A stretch of 64,000 nt of DNA from Algivirga pacifica (GCF_039543525.1 NZ_BAABJX010000017.1:117047-181046), one strand, 5' to 3'. Shown: positions 1 to 11,237, counted from the first letter of the stretch. The notes: generated by a model from the letters alone, not told the origin. Numbers and translations: made by a program.

Positions 1-70
1 AATTAATTATTACGTTTTAACTGTATACTTTTTATTGTTTTTAGTTTGTACTATTGTTTTTTATTAAGGG

Positions 71-976
71 ATGGATAATACTCTTTATTTTCATATTGGT
101 TATCATAAAACAGCAACAACACTTCTTCAAAAAAATTTTTTTTCTAAGAATGACTCTACAGCCCTCTTAAATGATTTTAAGAACCCATGGAGCGATGATT
201 TGGTATCACATTTAGTGAAGCCTTCGTTACGATCGTTTTCAAAAGAGCGGTTTCGACAGATTCTTATGGAAAAGACTAAAAATAATAAAGCCAAAAAGTT
301 AGTTGTAAGTAGTGAGCGTTTATCTGGGCAACCTTCTTCAGGTGGCTTTGATAACTTTATCATTGCAGATAGAATTAAGAGTGCATTTCCAAATGCAAAA
401 GTAATTATAGGTATTCGGAATCAAAAAAGTATGATCCTTTCAATGTATAAACAATTGGTACATGAAGGATATAGAGGAAGTATAGAAAGTATGCTTACGG
501 AGAATTACTGGCAAATACCTTCATTTTCTAAAGAGTATTTGGAGTATGATTTATTGCTCCAAAAGTATTTTGATTTGTTTGGGGCTGAAAATGTATTGGT
601 ACTTCCATATGAACAATTAAGAAAACAACCAGAAGTATATTTTAGTCGATTGACTAACTTTCTTGAGATAGCTCCGGTTGATATTAATGAAATTACGAGT
701 GCTCAAGTAAATGTGAGTAAAAATCATTCTTATTTGATAATTCGAAGGTTTTTAAATCACGTTAGAAAGACAGAGTTAAATCCAACACCTATCTTTGATT
801 TAAAAACAAAAAATATAAACCTATTAACTAGAGTAGTGTCAAAACTGACACCATTTATTTCAGATTATTCATTGTCTAATGATCTTAAAGAAGAAATCGA
901 ACAATATTATCAACAATCAAACAAACGATTAAAGATTTTATTACCGGATTTGGACTTGAAAGATTATTTATCATAG
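71..976 (+). CDS. Sulfotransferase-family protein (divergent)
   Basis: N-terminal 5'-PSB-like motif HIGYHKTATTLLQ and 3'-PB-like IIGIRNQKSMILSMY resemble PAPS-dependent sulfotransferases; first gene of a co-directional glycan locus. Confidence 0.45.
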   Translation: MDNTLYFHIGYHKTATTLLQKNFFSKNDSTALLNDFKNPWSDDLVSHLVKPSLRSFSKERFRQILMEKTKNNKAKKLVVSSERLSGQPSSGGFDNFIIADRIKSAFPNAKVIIGIRNQKSMILSMYKQLVHEGYRGSIESMLTENYWQIPSFSKEYLEYDLLLQKYFDLFGAENVLVLPYEQLRKQPEVYFSRLTNFLEIAPVDINEITSAQVNVSKNHSYLIIRRFLNHVRKTELNPTPIFDLKTKNINLLTRVVSKLTPFISDYSLSNDLKEEIEQYYQQSNKRLKILLPDLDLKDYLS

Positions 977-996
977 AATTCTTATAATAAATACAT

Positions 997-1548
997 ATGA
1001 ATATTATTAAAACATCCATACCTGATTTAGTAATTATAGAGCCTAAAGCATTTGAGGATGATCGAGGCTATTTTATGGAGGCTTATAAAGAAAGCTGGTT
1101 TCAAGAGAATTTCCCACATATTAAATTTGTGCAGGATAATGAATCTAAATCAGAACGTGGTGTATTGAGAGGATTACATTTTCAAAAACCACCCTATGCG
1201 CAGACAAAGTTAGTTCGTGTTATTCAAGGAGAAGTATTGGATGTGGCGGTAGATTTGAGAAAAGATTCTCCTACGTATGGGCAACATGAATCTATTATCC
1301 TGAGTGCTGAAAATAAAAAGCAGTTTCTAGTACCAAAGGGATTTGCGCATGGGTTTATTGTTTTAAGTGAAACAGCTATTTTTTCTTATAAAGTAGATAA
1401 TCCTTATGCACCTGAACACGATGCAGGGGTATTGTGGAATGACCCTGCTTTCAACATTGATTGGAAGTTAGATGAAAGTGAAATTTTGCTTTCTAAGAAG
1501 GATGCTATTCAGCCATTATTGTCAGAAATAGAAAAAGAGCTGGTATGA
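997..1548 (+). CDS. rfbC: dTDP-4-dehydrorhamnose 3,5-epimerase
   Basis: 183 aa; cupin-type RmlC motifs (RGLHFQ, FVPKGFAHGF); stop overlaps next start. Confidence 0.9.
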   Translation: MNIIKTSIPDLVIIEPKAFEDDRGYFMEAYKESWFQENFPHIKFVQDNESKSERGVLRGLHFQKPPYAQTKLVRVIQGEVLDVAVDLRKDSPTYGQHESIILSAENKKQFLVPKGFAHGFIVLSETAIFSYKVDNPYAPEHDAGVLWNDPAFNIDWKLDESEILLSKKDAIQPLLSEIEKELV

Positions 1549-2411
1549 ATATTTTAGTTACGGGAAAAAATGGTCAGCTAGGATCGGAGATTCAAGTTCT
1601 GGCAAATGATTGTCCTAATTTCAACTTTATTTTTACAGATGTTGTTGAATTGGATATTACTGATAGAGATAGAGTACAGACTTTTTTTGCTGAAAATACA
1701 ATTGATATTGTCATCAATTGTGCAGCTTATACGGCTGTGGATAAGGCAGAGGATGAATATGAGTTAGCAGATAGAGTAAATAATCAAGCAGTTGAATATT
1801 TGGTAGAGGCCGCAACGACAGTAAATGCGAGATTTATTCATATCTCTACAGATTATGTCTTTGATGGAAGTGGAAATATTCCTTACACGGAAGTAGATGG
1901 TGTGAGTCCGTTAGGTGTCTATGGGAAAACTAAATTAGCTGGCGAACAACATGTCTTAAAAGCGTCTATTCCAGGTATAGTAATCAGGACATCTTGGGTT
2001 TATTCGTCTTTTGGAAATAATTTTGTAAAAACGATGATGCGCTTGGGGAAAGAGAGAGAGGAGTTAGGAGTGATTGTAGATCAAATAGGTAGCCCGACCT
2101 ATGCTAGGGATTTAGCAGAGGTATGTTTGTCTATCTGTGTTAAAGAAGACCAATGGAGAGATTCAAATGAAGTGTATCATTATTCTAATGATGGTGTATG
2201 TAGTTGGTATGATTTTGCAACTACGATCATGGAACTAAATGGTATTGATTGTGTGGTGAAGCCAATAGAAACCATTGATTATCCTACAAAAGCAGAGAGA
2301 CCTTTGTATTCGGTATTGAATAAGAAAAAGATCAAAGAGCACTTTTTGTTGAGTCATAAACATTGGAAAAAGTCATTGGTAGATTGTATATATTTATTGA
2401 ATGGTAACTAA
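1545..2411 (+). CDS. rfbD: dTDP-4-dehydrorhamnose reductase
   Basis: 288 aa; N-terminal Rossmann ILVTGKNGQLG, RmlD-like length and order after rfbC; ATGA overlap with rfbC. Confidence 0.9.
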   Translation: MNILVTGKNGQLGSEIQVLANDCPNFNFIFTDVVELDITDRDRVQTFFAENTIDIVINCAAYTAVDKAEDEYELADRVNNQAVEYLVEAATTVNARFIHISTDYVFDGSGNIPYTEVDGVSPLGVYGKTKLAGEQHVLKASIPGIVIRTSWVYSSFGNNFVKTMMRLGKEREELGVIVDQIGSPTYARDLAEVCLSICVKEDQWRDSNEVYHYSNDGVCSWYDFATTIMELNGIDCVVKPIETIDYPTKAERPLYSVLNKKKIKEHFLLSHKHWKKSLVDCIYLLNGN

Positions 2412-3717
2412 AATTAGAAATAGACTTGATATTCATACATTTGAGGTGTTATTAAAGTCTTCGAAAACAATGATAGTAAAGGTGGTGGGAATGTCATCAG
2501 CTTTACTTATTAGTGTTTTTCTTGGAAGAACATTGGGACCAGAAGGACTTGGAGTAGTGAATTTAGCTAATCAGCTAGGCATGGTTTGCTTGGTATTGAC
2601 GATGTTCGGTTTTCAGTTTGTCATAGTTAAATTTATATCTATAGCGAAGTCCCAAGAAAATTATCAAAATATTCTCAACACAATTAATTCTGCCTTATTT
2701 GTTAATACGACCTTTGCAATAATAATAGCAGTATTAGGTTGGCTTTTAAATCCTTTTTTAATTAAGTACCTTTTTCAAGGTAGGGTAGAGCTGACAGTAC
2801 CTATATTGCTAACCTTTTTTATGCTTATTCCACAAACTGTTGCTAGGGTTTTTTCTGCGGCACTAAATGGGTATGGGAAAGTTTGGCAATCAAATTTAGT
2901 AGAACAAACATTAAGTTCAATACTAGTATTAGTTGGGTTGGCTATATATTGGGTCTTTAGTGTTGAATTTTCTTCGATATCTGTCTTGATTCTTTATTTG
3001 GTTAGTAGACTGATAATGGTAGTGGTAGTGAAATTGTTATGGCATCAACAAATCAGAGGAAAAGTTTCTGCTTTAAAAGGGTCTTTGAATTTAAGACCTA
3101 TGTTTAAAATGGGGCTTCCAATGCTAATGGTGTCAGGTACTTCTGTTATAGCAAGTAATCTGGATACTATGATGTTGGCGTCTTTAGGGACAATGGAAGA
3201 TGTTGGTTTGTATAATGTTGCCGCAAGATTAGCTTTTTTAACCTCCTTTTTGTTACAAGTGACTAACACTGCTATCTCACCAAAATTAGCGAGTATGTTT
3301 CATGAGTCTAAGTTAGATCAAATGTCAAAAATGGTACGAAAAATAACATTAGGATTGGTTGTTATTGCGCTAATGGTCTTTTTGTCATTTGTCCTTATAG
3401 GAGGTTGGATGTTAAGTTTTTGGGGTGAAAATTTTGTTGAGGCTCAAGTAATATTGATAATACTGGCTGTTGGTCAATTTTTTAATATAGCAACGGGGTG
3501 TTCAGGGTTACTGCTTGTGATGTGTGGGTATGAAAAAGAACATGGCTACATTTCAGTACTATCATTAATCATGAATGTTATTCTAAATGTTCTGTTAATA
3601 AAGTCTTATGGCGTGATAGGAGTAGCAGTGGCTACAGCTATTACGGTTTCATTGAGTAATATCTTTAAAGTAGTGATGGTGAAAAGAAAGATATCGATTT
3701 CAATATTACCATTTTAA
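2401..3717 (+). CDS. wzx: Polysaccharide flippase (Wzx/MOP family)
   Basis: 438 aa, ~12 predicted TM helices, typical position in O-antigen/capsule locus. Confidence 0.75.
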   Translation: MVTKIRNRLDIHTFEVLLKSSKTMIVKVVGMSSALLISVFLGRTLGPEGLGVVNLANQLGMVCLVLTMFGFQFVIVKFISIAKSQENYQNILNTINSALFVNTTFAIIIAVLGWLLNPFLIKYLFQGRVELTVPILLTFFMLIPQTVARVFSAALNGYGKVWQSNLVEQTLSSILVLVGLAIYWVFSVEFSSISVLILYLVSRLIMVVVVKLLWHQQIRGKVSALKGSLNLRPMFKMGLPMLMVSGTSVIASNLDTMMLASLGTMEDVGLYNVAARLAFLTSFLLQVTNTAISPKLASMFHESKLDQMSKMVRKITLGLVVIALMVFLSFVLIGGWMLSFWGENFVEAQVILIILAVGQFFNIATGCSGLLLVMCGYEKEHGYISVLSLIMNVILNVLLIKSYGVIGVAVATAITVSLSNIFKVVMVKRKISISILPF

Positions 3718-3793
3718 GTGTAGGGGCGTAAAATTTAAAGTGATCAGTACTGTTGGAGCATCCTAATTGCTTTAATATATAAATGATTTCAAA

Positions 3794-4717
3794 ATGGAAA
3801 ATGGATTAATATTAAATAATAAAAAAGTAAACTTTTTTGTTGTTGGAGCTGCGAAGTCGGGTACCACGACTTTATATCAAATGCTAAAAAAGCACCCAGA
3901 AGTATTTCTTTGTCCTATTAAAGAGCCAAATTTTTTTAGTACTGAGTTTAAAATTGAAGATTGTAGAGAAGATATTCAAAACAATATAAAATTTGACTTT
4001 GATCAATATTACTTGGATACGCCTCTAAAAGAAAAGCATAATGCTTGTATTGACACATTAGAACAATATGAAAAGTTATTTAAGGATGTTAAAGATCATA
4101 AGCTAATAGGGGATTTTTCAACATCATATTTGCCTAGTAAAACCGCTCCAGTTGAGATATACAATTATAATAAAGAGGCAAAAATTATTATAATTTTAAG
4201 AAATCCTATTGCCAGAACAATTAGTCATTACTTAATGGATAATAAGGGATTGGAAATGGATGAAGATAGTATAATTGGAGAGCTAAAATCAGATTTTAAA
4301 ACAAAGAATAAAGGGTATTTTAAGACCAATATGTATTTAGACCTTAGTTTATATTATGCTCAGGTTAAAAGGTATTTGGATATCTTTCCAAGGAATCAGA
4401 TTTTATTTCTAGACTTTGATCAGCTAAAACGTAATTCTAATCAAGTTTATGAGTCTATATGTAACTTCTTGGATATAGAAGCTACGCCTTCTGATTCAAA
4501 TGAAGATGAGATACATAATCAAACTTATTTGTATCGAAATGTATTACTCAAAAGTATTGCTAGAATACTACCTTCAACATTCAAGTCAAAGCTGGCTTTT
4601 TTGAAAAGCTTTTTTATGAGACCCTATAAAAAGCAAGAAATATCACCTAAGGTGAAGTCATATATTGATAGTGTTGTTGGTGAAGACTATATAAAAGTGA
4701 AGGAACTTATAAAGTAG
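3794..4717 (+). CDS. Sulfotransferase
   Basis: Canonical 5'-PSB FFVVGAAKSGTTTLYQ and 3'-PB IIILRNPIARTISHY motifs. Confidence 0.8.
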   Translation: MENGLILNNKKVNFFVVGAAKSGTTTLYQMLKKHPEVFLCPIKEPNFFSTEFKIEDCREDIQNNIKFDFDQYYLDTPLKEKHNACIDTLEQYEKLFKDVKDHKLIGDFSTSYLPSKTAPVEIYNYNKEAKIIIILRNPIARTISHYLMDNKGLEMDEDSIIGELKSDFKTKNKGYFKTNMYLDLSLYYAQVKRYLDIFPRNQILFLDFDQLKRNSNQVYESICNFLDIEATPSDSNEDEIHNQTYLYRNVLLKSIARILPSTFKSKLAFLKSFFMRPYKKQEISPKVKSYIDSVVGEDYIKVKELIK

Positions 4718-4793
4718 AAGTAATCTTTATTTTGAATAAAGCAGTCTTAATAAGATGTGTTTTTTATAATTAATTTAAACTATAAGATACGTT

Positions 4794-6092
4794 TTGGGTG
4801 GATCATTGAAGTTTCGTAACAGTAGTCTTGACAGGTTATTGGTAAAATCTTTATTTGTTTTTTTAGCCATATATGTGTTAGTGCCTACATATATAGGAGG
4901 TTTACCTATTGCTGGTGTTTATCTTACATATGATAGAATAGTCTTTTTGTATTTAATGTCAATTAGTTTATTAATAATGTTTGTGTCCTCTCAAAAACGG
5001 AGTAGGGTATTTAATATATTAATAAGTAACCCATTCTTTTTCTTTGTATTTTTTGGCTATGTTTTAATCTGTCTAATTTCATCTGTTCAATCAACTTATG
5101 AAGATTCACTAAAGCTTTTTGTGAATTATAGTCTCTATACATTTTTTATTTTTTTTATAGTATGTACAATTAAAATAGATGACTACTTCTTTCGGGTATT
5201 TAATAAATTTATAGTAGTGACATCAAGTGCTATTATTATTGTTGGGGTAGTTGAATATATATTGGGGTTTAGTCCTTTTACACCTTTTATTAATTATAAT
5301 GCTCTTACTGAATATCAGAAAACTGCTTTAGAAAGTCTTACATTAGATGGTGTTATCCGTATCAAGTCAACATTTGTAAACCCTCTGGATTTGGCACAAT
5401 ACATTGTTTTTATGATACCAATAATAATTTCATTTAAAAATGGGGGGATAAACAAAAAAAAGTTATTACATAACAGTATTATTTTTGGTTTATTGATTTG
5501 TAGTTTATTGACGAAAAGTAGAACATCATTAATTATTTCAGTTTTTTTAGTGGTATTCTATTCCTGGGAATACATAAAAACACGTCACCCTATAATAAAA
5601 TTCTTTGTACTAGTAGTATGCTTATTAGTCGCATTAACATTATTATTGACAAGTGTAGATCTGGCTTTTGTAGAAGATTTTTTTGGAGGTAAAAAATTAA
5701 CCGAAGACTCCAATCGAATGACACAGATTGAATTAGCTATACCATTAATTAATAATAAGTTTTTGACGGGATATGGTTTTGGTGTAGGCGGAAAGGTTTT
5801 GGGATTCGGAGATTTAGATGGCTCTGCTACAATTGATATTTATTACCTTTCTCTTATTCTTGATTCAGGGATCTTAGGTTTACTTTTATTTTTGATCATG
5901 TCAGCAATGATTTTTTTTAAAAGTAGGAAGCTACCTTTTAATCTTAGACATTATCAAATGAGTATATTGGTATTTTTTATCACACTGTTCACGCTATCAA
6001 ATAGGGGGAATCATATTTTTTTATTTTTAGTTTTTGCATTAGTTATTTCTATAGTTTATGATTCAAAAAGAAACCGTCATTATTCTAGTTAA
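4794..6092 (+). CDS. O-antigen polymerase / ligase-like membrane protein (Wzy family)
   Basis: 432 aa, ~10-12 TM helices with a large loop, located between wzx and glycosyltransferases. Confidence 0.6.
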   Translation: MGGSLKFRNSSLDRLLVKSLFVFLAIYVLVPTYIGGLPIAGVYLTYDRIVFLYLMSISLLIMFVSSQKRSRVFNILISNPFFFFVFFGYVLICLISSVQSTYEDSLKLFVNYSLYTFFIFFIVCTIKIDDYFFRVFNKFIVVTSSAIIIVGVVEYILGFSPFTPFINYNALTEYQKTALESLTLDGVIRIKSTFVNPLDLAQYIVFMIPIIISFKNGGINKKKLLHNSIIFGLLICSLLTKSRTSLIISVFLVVFYSWEYIKTRHPIIKFFVLVVCLLVALTLLLTSVDLAFVEDFFGGKKLTEDSNRMTQIELAIPLINNKFLTGYGFGVGGKVLGFGDLDGSATIDIYYLSLILDSGILGLLLFLIMSAMIFFKSRKLPFNLRHYQMSILVFFITLFTLSNRGNHIFLFLVFALVISIVYDSKRNRHYSS

Positions 6093-6993
6093 TTATAATG
6101 GCTATCAGGATACATTGGAATGCATTCAAAGTATTTCTAAAAGTGAAGGTCAAGAGCCTTTTATTGTAGTGGTAGACAATTGTTCGCAAGATGCTAATAG
6201 AATTGAAAATCTATACGATTATTATTCAAGTTTAAAAGTAATTATTAGCAAAGAGAATATAGGCTTTGGTAGAGCAAACAACTTGGGGATTAAATGGGCT
6301 CAAGAAAATATTGATTTCGAATATCTTTTATTGCTAAATAACGATACGATCATAGAGAGTAATACATTGTCAGAGTTGAAGAAACCATTTCTTTTTGATT
6401 CAGAAATAGGTATTTCTACTTGTAAAACAATGTATGAAGGGAATAGGGATATAGTGTGGTATGGTGGAGGAACTGTAGATTACAAGATAGGGTGGCCAAT
6501 TATAAAAGACTTTAATGTACAGCCAACTGATTCAGGAGCTAATCAGTCTAAGTATGTAACATTTATTTCTGGTTGCTGTATGATGTTTTCTAAAAAGTCA
6601 TTAACCACTATTGGCGGGTTTGATGAGCATTTTTTTATGTATTGTGAGGATCTGGAAATGTCTATCAGGGCAGTTGATTTAGGCTTTAAATTATACTATT
6701 CTAGCGATGCCAGAATTTTTCATAAGGTACAAAGAAGTTTGAAAGGTAGTGAAGGGGCAAAAGCTAAAGGGATGTCTCACAAAAACCCCAATTTGAGTTT
6801 TCTGTTTAAGAATATGAAAATGAATCAGTATTACACTTTTGTGAAATACTTATCAGGTAGACGACTTTTAATTTTTAAAGTAAATTATTGGTCACGATTT
6901 ATATATAAATCTTTATTGTTTTTGCTAAGGGGTAGGACAGATCTTATGAGTACTATTTTTACTGTAGTAAAAGCCAATCTTGCTGTGAAGTGA
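6058..6993 (+). CDS. Glycosyltransferase family 2
   Basis: N-terminal GT-A signature VIILVNYNGYQDTLECIQS...VVVDNCSQD, DxD-like motif; overlaps upstream gene. Confidence 0.8.
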   Translation: MIQKETVIILVNYNGYQDTLECIQSISKSEGQEPFIVVVDNCSQDANRIENLYDYYSSLKVIISKENIGFGRANNLGIKWAQENIDFEYLLLLNNDTIIESNTLSELKKPFLFDSEIGISTCKTMYEGNRDIVWYGGGTVDYKIGWPIIKDFNVQPTDSGANQSKYVTFISGCCMMFSKKSLTTIGGFDEHFFMYCEDLEMSIRAVDLGFKLYYSSDARIFHKVQRSLKGSEGAKAKGMSHKNPNLSFLFKNMKMNQYYTFVKYLSGRRLLIFKVNYWSRFIYKSLLFLLRGRTDLMSTIFTVVKANLAVK

Positions 6994-7103
6994 GGGTGGC
7001 TTTAATTATCTATGATAATTAGAAAAAGGAGATCATTTTGTGAAAACTGTAGAATATTAAAGGAGATCTTTTATAGGTTATGCTATTAAATTAGAATTTT
7101 TTT

Positions 7104-7928
7104 ATGACAAATAAACCAAATTTATTTATTGTAGGAGCTCCCAAGTCGGGATCTACTTTTTTATTCCAGACTTTAGGAGAACATTCCGATATTTTTTTTC
7201 CGGTAATTAAGGAATTAAACTTTTTCTCGAAAGATTCCTTAGAAAAGGACTCTTATTATAAAGATTACAAAACACAAGATCTTAATAGTTACTTGAAGGG
7301 GTTTTCAAAAAATACAGGAGAAAAGTATTTAGTAGATAGTAGTGTGTCTTATTTTACTTTTGATGATGTTCCTCAAAAAATAAGAGACTTTAACCAGGAT
7401 GCTAAAATTATTATCATTACAAGAGATCCATATAAAAGAGCCTATTCTCATTATTTGATGGATAAGCGAATGGGATATGCTAGTGGTGATTTTAGTGATT
7501 ATCTGACATCAGAGGATTCTTTTCATTACAATCAATATGTTACGAATAGTCTTTACTATCAAAATTCTAAAAGGTACGTAGAGCTTTTTGGGCGTAAAAA
7601 TGTCTTATTTCTTCGATTGGAGAATTTAAGAGAGGATATGAGCAGTTTATTTGAGTTTTTAGATATACCAGCTATTGATATAGATTTTGATAAGAAGGTA
7701 AATGAGAACAAAGCTGCTAGAAATATTTTCGGTAGATATGCTCAGCATAATCGAGAATTGGTACAAAAGATGAAATTGTATTTACCAAGTCAGTTTTTTG
7801 AGCTTGCAAAGCTTTTTGTGTACAAGAAAGAAGCTAAGTCTGATAGAATTTCTACTGAAGATCTAAACTTATTAGAATCACTTATACATGATGATTACGA
7901 AATCTTTAAAAAAGAATTCTTTTCGTAA
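7104..7928 (+). CDS. Sulfotransferase
   Basis: 5'-PSB LFIVGAPKSGSTFLFQ and 3'-PB IIITRDPYKRAYSHY motifs; paralog of 3794..4717. Confidence 0.8.
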   Translation: MTNKPNLFIVGAPKSGSTFLFQTLGEHSDIFFPVIKELNFFSKDSLEKDSYYKDYKTQDLNSYLKGFSKNTGEKYLVDSSVSYFTFDDVPQKIRDFNQDAKIIIITRDPYKRAYSHYLMDKRMGYASGDFSDYLTSEDSFHYNQYVTNSLYYQNSKRYVELFGRKNVLFLRLENLREDMSSLFEFLDIPAIDIDFDKKVNENKAARNIFGRYAQHNRELVQKMKLYLPSQFFELAKLFVYKKEAKSDRISTEDLNLLESLIHDDYEIFKKEFFS

Positions 7929-8079
7929 AATTGTTTGCTCTTTGGTGTTAAACACCAGTTATAAATAAAAAAATATAATTGGGCTTGTTCTATATTGGAT
8001 TCTAATTTTATAGTTAGAAGCCAAATCAATATTATATCTTCAGTGTTCTGGATACTTATTAATTAATTTTAGAAATTTC

Positions 8080-8964
8080 ATGAAAGGCTTTATTTCATAT
8101 TATAAACGAAAATTGAGAATTTTTATCTCAAAGAATTTTGAACCACAAATTTTAAAATTTGAGAAGAGAAGAATTACGAAGTTATTAGAGAATAAAAAGG
8201 AAATCGTCCTTATTTATTCTATTGGTAAGGTGGGTTCGTCTTCAGTGTATAGTTCAATTAAGTCATCAGAAGTCAATATTCCTACATTTCATCTTCATTC
8301 GTTAGCCCCAGAAAGAATAGAGGAACAAAAGGAGTATTATAGATCGGGTGTTAGAAACTCTGTACCGTTTCATTTGATTCAGAGTACAGCAATGTTAGAG
8401 GCTTTAAAAAGCTATAATGGTAAGATATATTTGTTAACACCAATTCGTGAGCCTATTTCTAGAGAACTGTCTAGTATTTTTCAGGATTCTTTTAATTTTT
8501 CTAACTCTAAGGATGATCTTAAGAATGATTTATCTAGTACAGTAAATGACAAAGTGAAAGATCTTGTAAGTGAATTACCTGAATATGAGTGGTTTGAGAG
8601 AGAGCTTAAACAGGTGTTTAATATTGATATCTTTGATGTTAACTTTGACTTTGACCCAGATCAAGGATATCTTTATCAGACTTACGATAATTTGGATTTT
8701 TGTCTGGTAAGAGCGGAAAACCTGAATCAGTCATTTAGGGATATTACGAAGAAAATGTTTGGTGAACATAATTCTATTTCTTTATCCTCTGCTAATGAAG
8801 CATCTGATAAATTTTATAATACCAGCTACATAGAGATTAAAAAAGAGATTTCATTGGATGAAGAGCAGTTAGAGAAAGTTGTAAACTCTTCGTTTATTCA
8901 AAAATTTTATCCTGACTTTATTTCCAATATTAGAAGAAAATGGCAGAGAGAAATCCACGTATAG
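8080..8964 (+). CDS. Hypothetical protein, possibly divergent sulfotransferase-like
   Basis: P-loop-like LIYSIGKVGSSSVY and later PIREPISRELSS resemble PSB/PB motifs; otherwise unrecognised. Confidence 0.3.
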   Translation: MKGFISYYKRKLRIFISKNFEPQILKFEKRRITKLLENKKEIVLIYSIGKVGSSSVYSSIKSSEVNIPTFHLHSLAPERIEEQKEYYRSGVRNSVPFHLIQSTAMLEALKSYNGKIYLLTPIREPISRELSSIFQDSFNFSNSKDDLKNDLSSTVNDKVKDLVSELPEYEWFERELKQVFNIDIFDVNFDFDPDQGYLYQTYDNLDFCLVRAENLNQSFRDITKKMFGEHNSISLSSANEASDKFYNTSYIEIKKEISLDEEQLEKVVNSSFIQKFYPDFISNIRRKWQREIHV

Positions 8965-10100
8965 CGTTAATAGAACCAGTAGGAGGGCATGGAGGAATGA
9001 ACTATTATGACTATGGCCTGGCGAATGGTTTATATCATAATGGAGTAGAGGTATATTATTATACTTGTGATGAGACCGATAAAATCTATGAAGACAAGGT
9101 AAAGACATACCTTTATTATAGAAAAATATATAACAAGTCAATTAATAAGTTTAGAAGGCTATTACTTTTTGTGTTTGGGGCAATAAGATCATTGACTCAT
9201 GCCAAAGTGAATAAGATTAAAACAGCGCATATACACTTGTTTGGGGTTGAACCAATAGATTTTCTCCATATTTTTCTTATTAAGTTATTTGGATTTAAGT
9301 TAACAGCTACGGTTCATGATGTAGAGTCTTTTTATTTGTCTGATAAGGATAAGTGGTATCGTAACAAAGCATTGAATTGGATTGACAAGTTTATTGTTCA
9401 TAATGAGATTTGTAAAAAAGAACTATTAGAATCTACAACTGTAGAGGTAAGTGATATAAGTGTGATTAAGCATGGTAATTACTTACCTTTTGTGGAGCCT
9501 TTACTTTCAAAAGAAGAAGCGGGGAAGCAGCTTGGTATGCCAACAGATAAGATCAACTTACTGTTTTTTGGGCAAATCAAAACGGTGAAAGGGCTTGATG
9601 TTTTATTGAATAGTTTAAAATATCTAAGCGCAGAGGAACGATCAAAAATCAATTTGATTATTGCGGGTAAAGTTTGGAAAGATACGTTTGCAAATTATCA
9701 GCAAATCATTGATGAGAATGATCTTAATGAAGTTTGTATAACTAGAATAGAGTATATTCCTGATGAAGAGGTACATCTTTTTTACAGCCTTGCCGATTTT
9801 GTAGTTCTTCCTTATAAAAAGATCTATCAATCAGGGGTATTATTGATGTCTATGAGTTATCAAAAGCCCGTGATTGTATCCGATCTACCTGCTATGGTTG
9901 ATATTATTAAGGATGAGGAAAATGGATATGTATTCAAAACGAACGATACGCAGTCTTTAGCAGCAACGATTTCTAAGGTGATTGCTAACCCTCAAAGGTC
10001 GGGGGATATTGCCCAAGCTGCAATAGATACGGTATCCAATGAGTTTGATTGGAAATTGATAGGAAAAAAAACCACTGAAGTTTACCATAGTATCCTGTAA
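8940..10100 (+). CDS. Glycosyltransferase family 1 (GT4-type)
   Basis: 386 aa; C-terminal GT-B fold with EX7E-like region (NGYVFKTNDTQS), overlaps upstream gene by 25 nt. Confidence 0.75.
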   Translation: MAERNPRIALIEPVGGHGGMNYYDYGLANGLYHNGVEVYYYTCDETDKIYEDKVKTYLYYRKIYNKSINKFRRLLLFVFGAIRSLTHAKVNKIKTAHIHLFGVEPIDFLHIFLIKLFGFKLTATVHDVESFYLSDKDKWYRNKALNWIDKFIVHNEICKKELLESTTVEVSDISVIKHGNYLPFVEPLLSKEEAGKQLGMPTDKINLLFFGQIKTVKGLDVLLNSLKYLSAEERSKINLIIAGKVWKDTFANYQQIIDENDLNEVCITRIEYIPDEEVHLFYSLADFVVLPYKKIYQSGVLLMSMSYQKPVIVSDLPAMVDIIKDEENGYVFKTNDTQSLAATISKVIANPQRSGDIAQAAIDTVSNEFDWKLIGKKTTEVYHSIL

Positions 10101-10115
10101 GGAGGCTTAAATGTT

Positions 10116-11213
10116 ATGAGAAAAAAAGTTAGTATTATTGGAAGTGTAGGTATTCCGGCTAAGTATGGTGGGTTTGAAACCTTGGTGGAGTATTTGACGA
10201 AAGATAAAATCAATAGTGATATAGAATATCACGTTTTTTGTAGTTCTAAAGCTTATTCGGAGAAACTACCTGTTCATAATAATGCAAAATTGCACTATGT
10301 GAATTTTGAGGCAAATGGAGTATCCAGTATTATATATGATATTATTTCTATAATTAAGGCAAGTTTTTTTTCAGATACCATGCTGATTCTTGGGGTATCT
10401 GGGGCTTTAATTTTGCCAATACTTCGTTTATTTTATAGGGGGAAGATTGTTTGTAATATAGATGGGTTAGAACATCGAAGAGATAAGTGGAGTCCTTTTG
10501 CTAGAAAAATGCTTAAGTTTTTTGAAGGGATTGCCGTTAGAAATTCAGATGTTGTAGTAGCAGATAATAAGGGAATTTATGACTACGTGAAAGAAACGTA
10601 TGCGAGAGAAAGTAGCGTTATTGCTTATGGCGCTGATCATACGTCTTATGTAGAATTACAGGAAGCTACAAAAACGAAATATAAGATTCCGGAGAAATAT
10701 TACTTTTCTGTTTGTAGAATTGAACCTGAAAATAATACACATATTTTATTAGAAGCATTTTCACAAAGGGGAGATGACATTGTATTCGTTGGTAATTGGG
10801 ATAATAGTGAGTATGGTAGAGAATTAAAAGTAAAATATTCCAGCAAACAGAATATTACGTTATTGGACCCTATTTATGATCAGCATATTCTAAATCAACT
10901 TAGAAGTAATTGCTATTGTTATTTACATGGGCATAGTGCCGGGGGAACAAATCCATCTTTGGTGGAGGCAATGTATTTGTCTTTACCTATTATTGCATTC
11001 GATGTGAATTATAATAGATACACTACTTTTGGTAAGGCAATGTATTTTAAAAATGTTTCTGATCTTCATAATGTAATTGATACGTTATCCTTTGATAAAA
11101 TCAAAAGCTGTAGTGCAGATATGCAAGATGTAGCATCGTCTCATTACACTTGGTATAAAATTGCTGAAAAATACGAGGAACAATATGCGTTAGAAGTAAC
11201 TGTAAATCGTTAA
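10116..11213 (+). CDS. Glycosyltransferase (DUF1972 N-terminal domain + GT1 C-terminal domain)
   Basis: N-terminus KVSIIGSVGIPAKYGGFETLVEYL typical of DUF1972-GT1 rhamnosyl/glycosyl transferases. Confidence 0.65.
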   Translation: MRKKVSIIGSVGIPAKYGGFETLVEYLTKDKINSDIEYHVFCSSKAYSEKLPVHNNAKLHYVNFEANGVSSIIYDIISIIKASFFSDTMLILGVSGALILPILRLFYRGKIVCNIDGLEHRRDKWSPFARKMLKFFEGIAVRNSDVVVADNKGIYDYVKETYARESSVIAYGADHTSYVELQEATKTKYKIPEKYYFSVCRIEPENNTHILLEAFSQRGDDIVFVGNWDNSEYGRELKVKYSSKQNITLLDPIYDQHILNQLRSNCYCYLHGHSAGGTNPSLVEAMYLSLPIIAFDVNYNRYTTFGKAMYFKNVSDLHNVIDTLSFDKIKSCSADMQDVASSHYTWYKIAEKYEEQYALEVTVNR

Positions 11214-11237
11214 ATACTTTATTTTTTCAATTGACAT

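Noticed and set aside
8869-9141. 90-aa minus-strand ORF overlapping the GT1 start
   Set aside because: Antisense to two well-supported overlapping + strand genes; His/Ser/Leu-rich low-complexity product.
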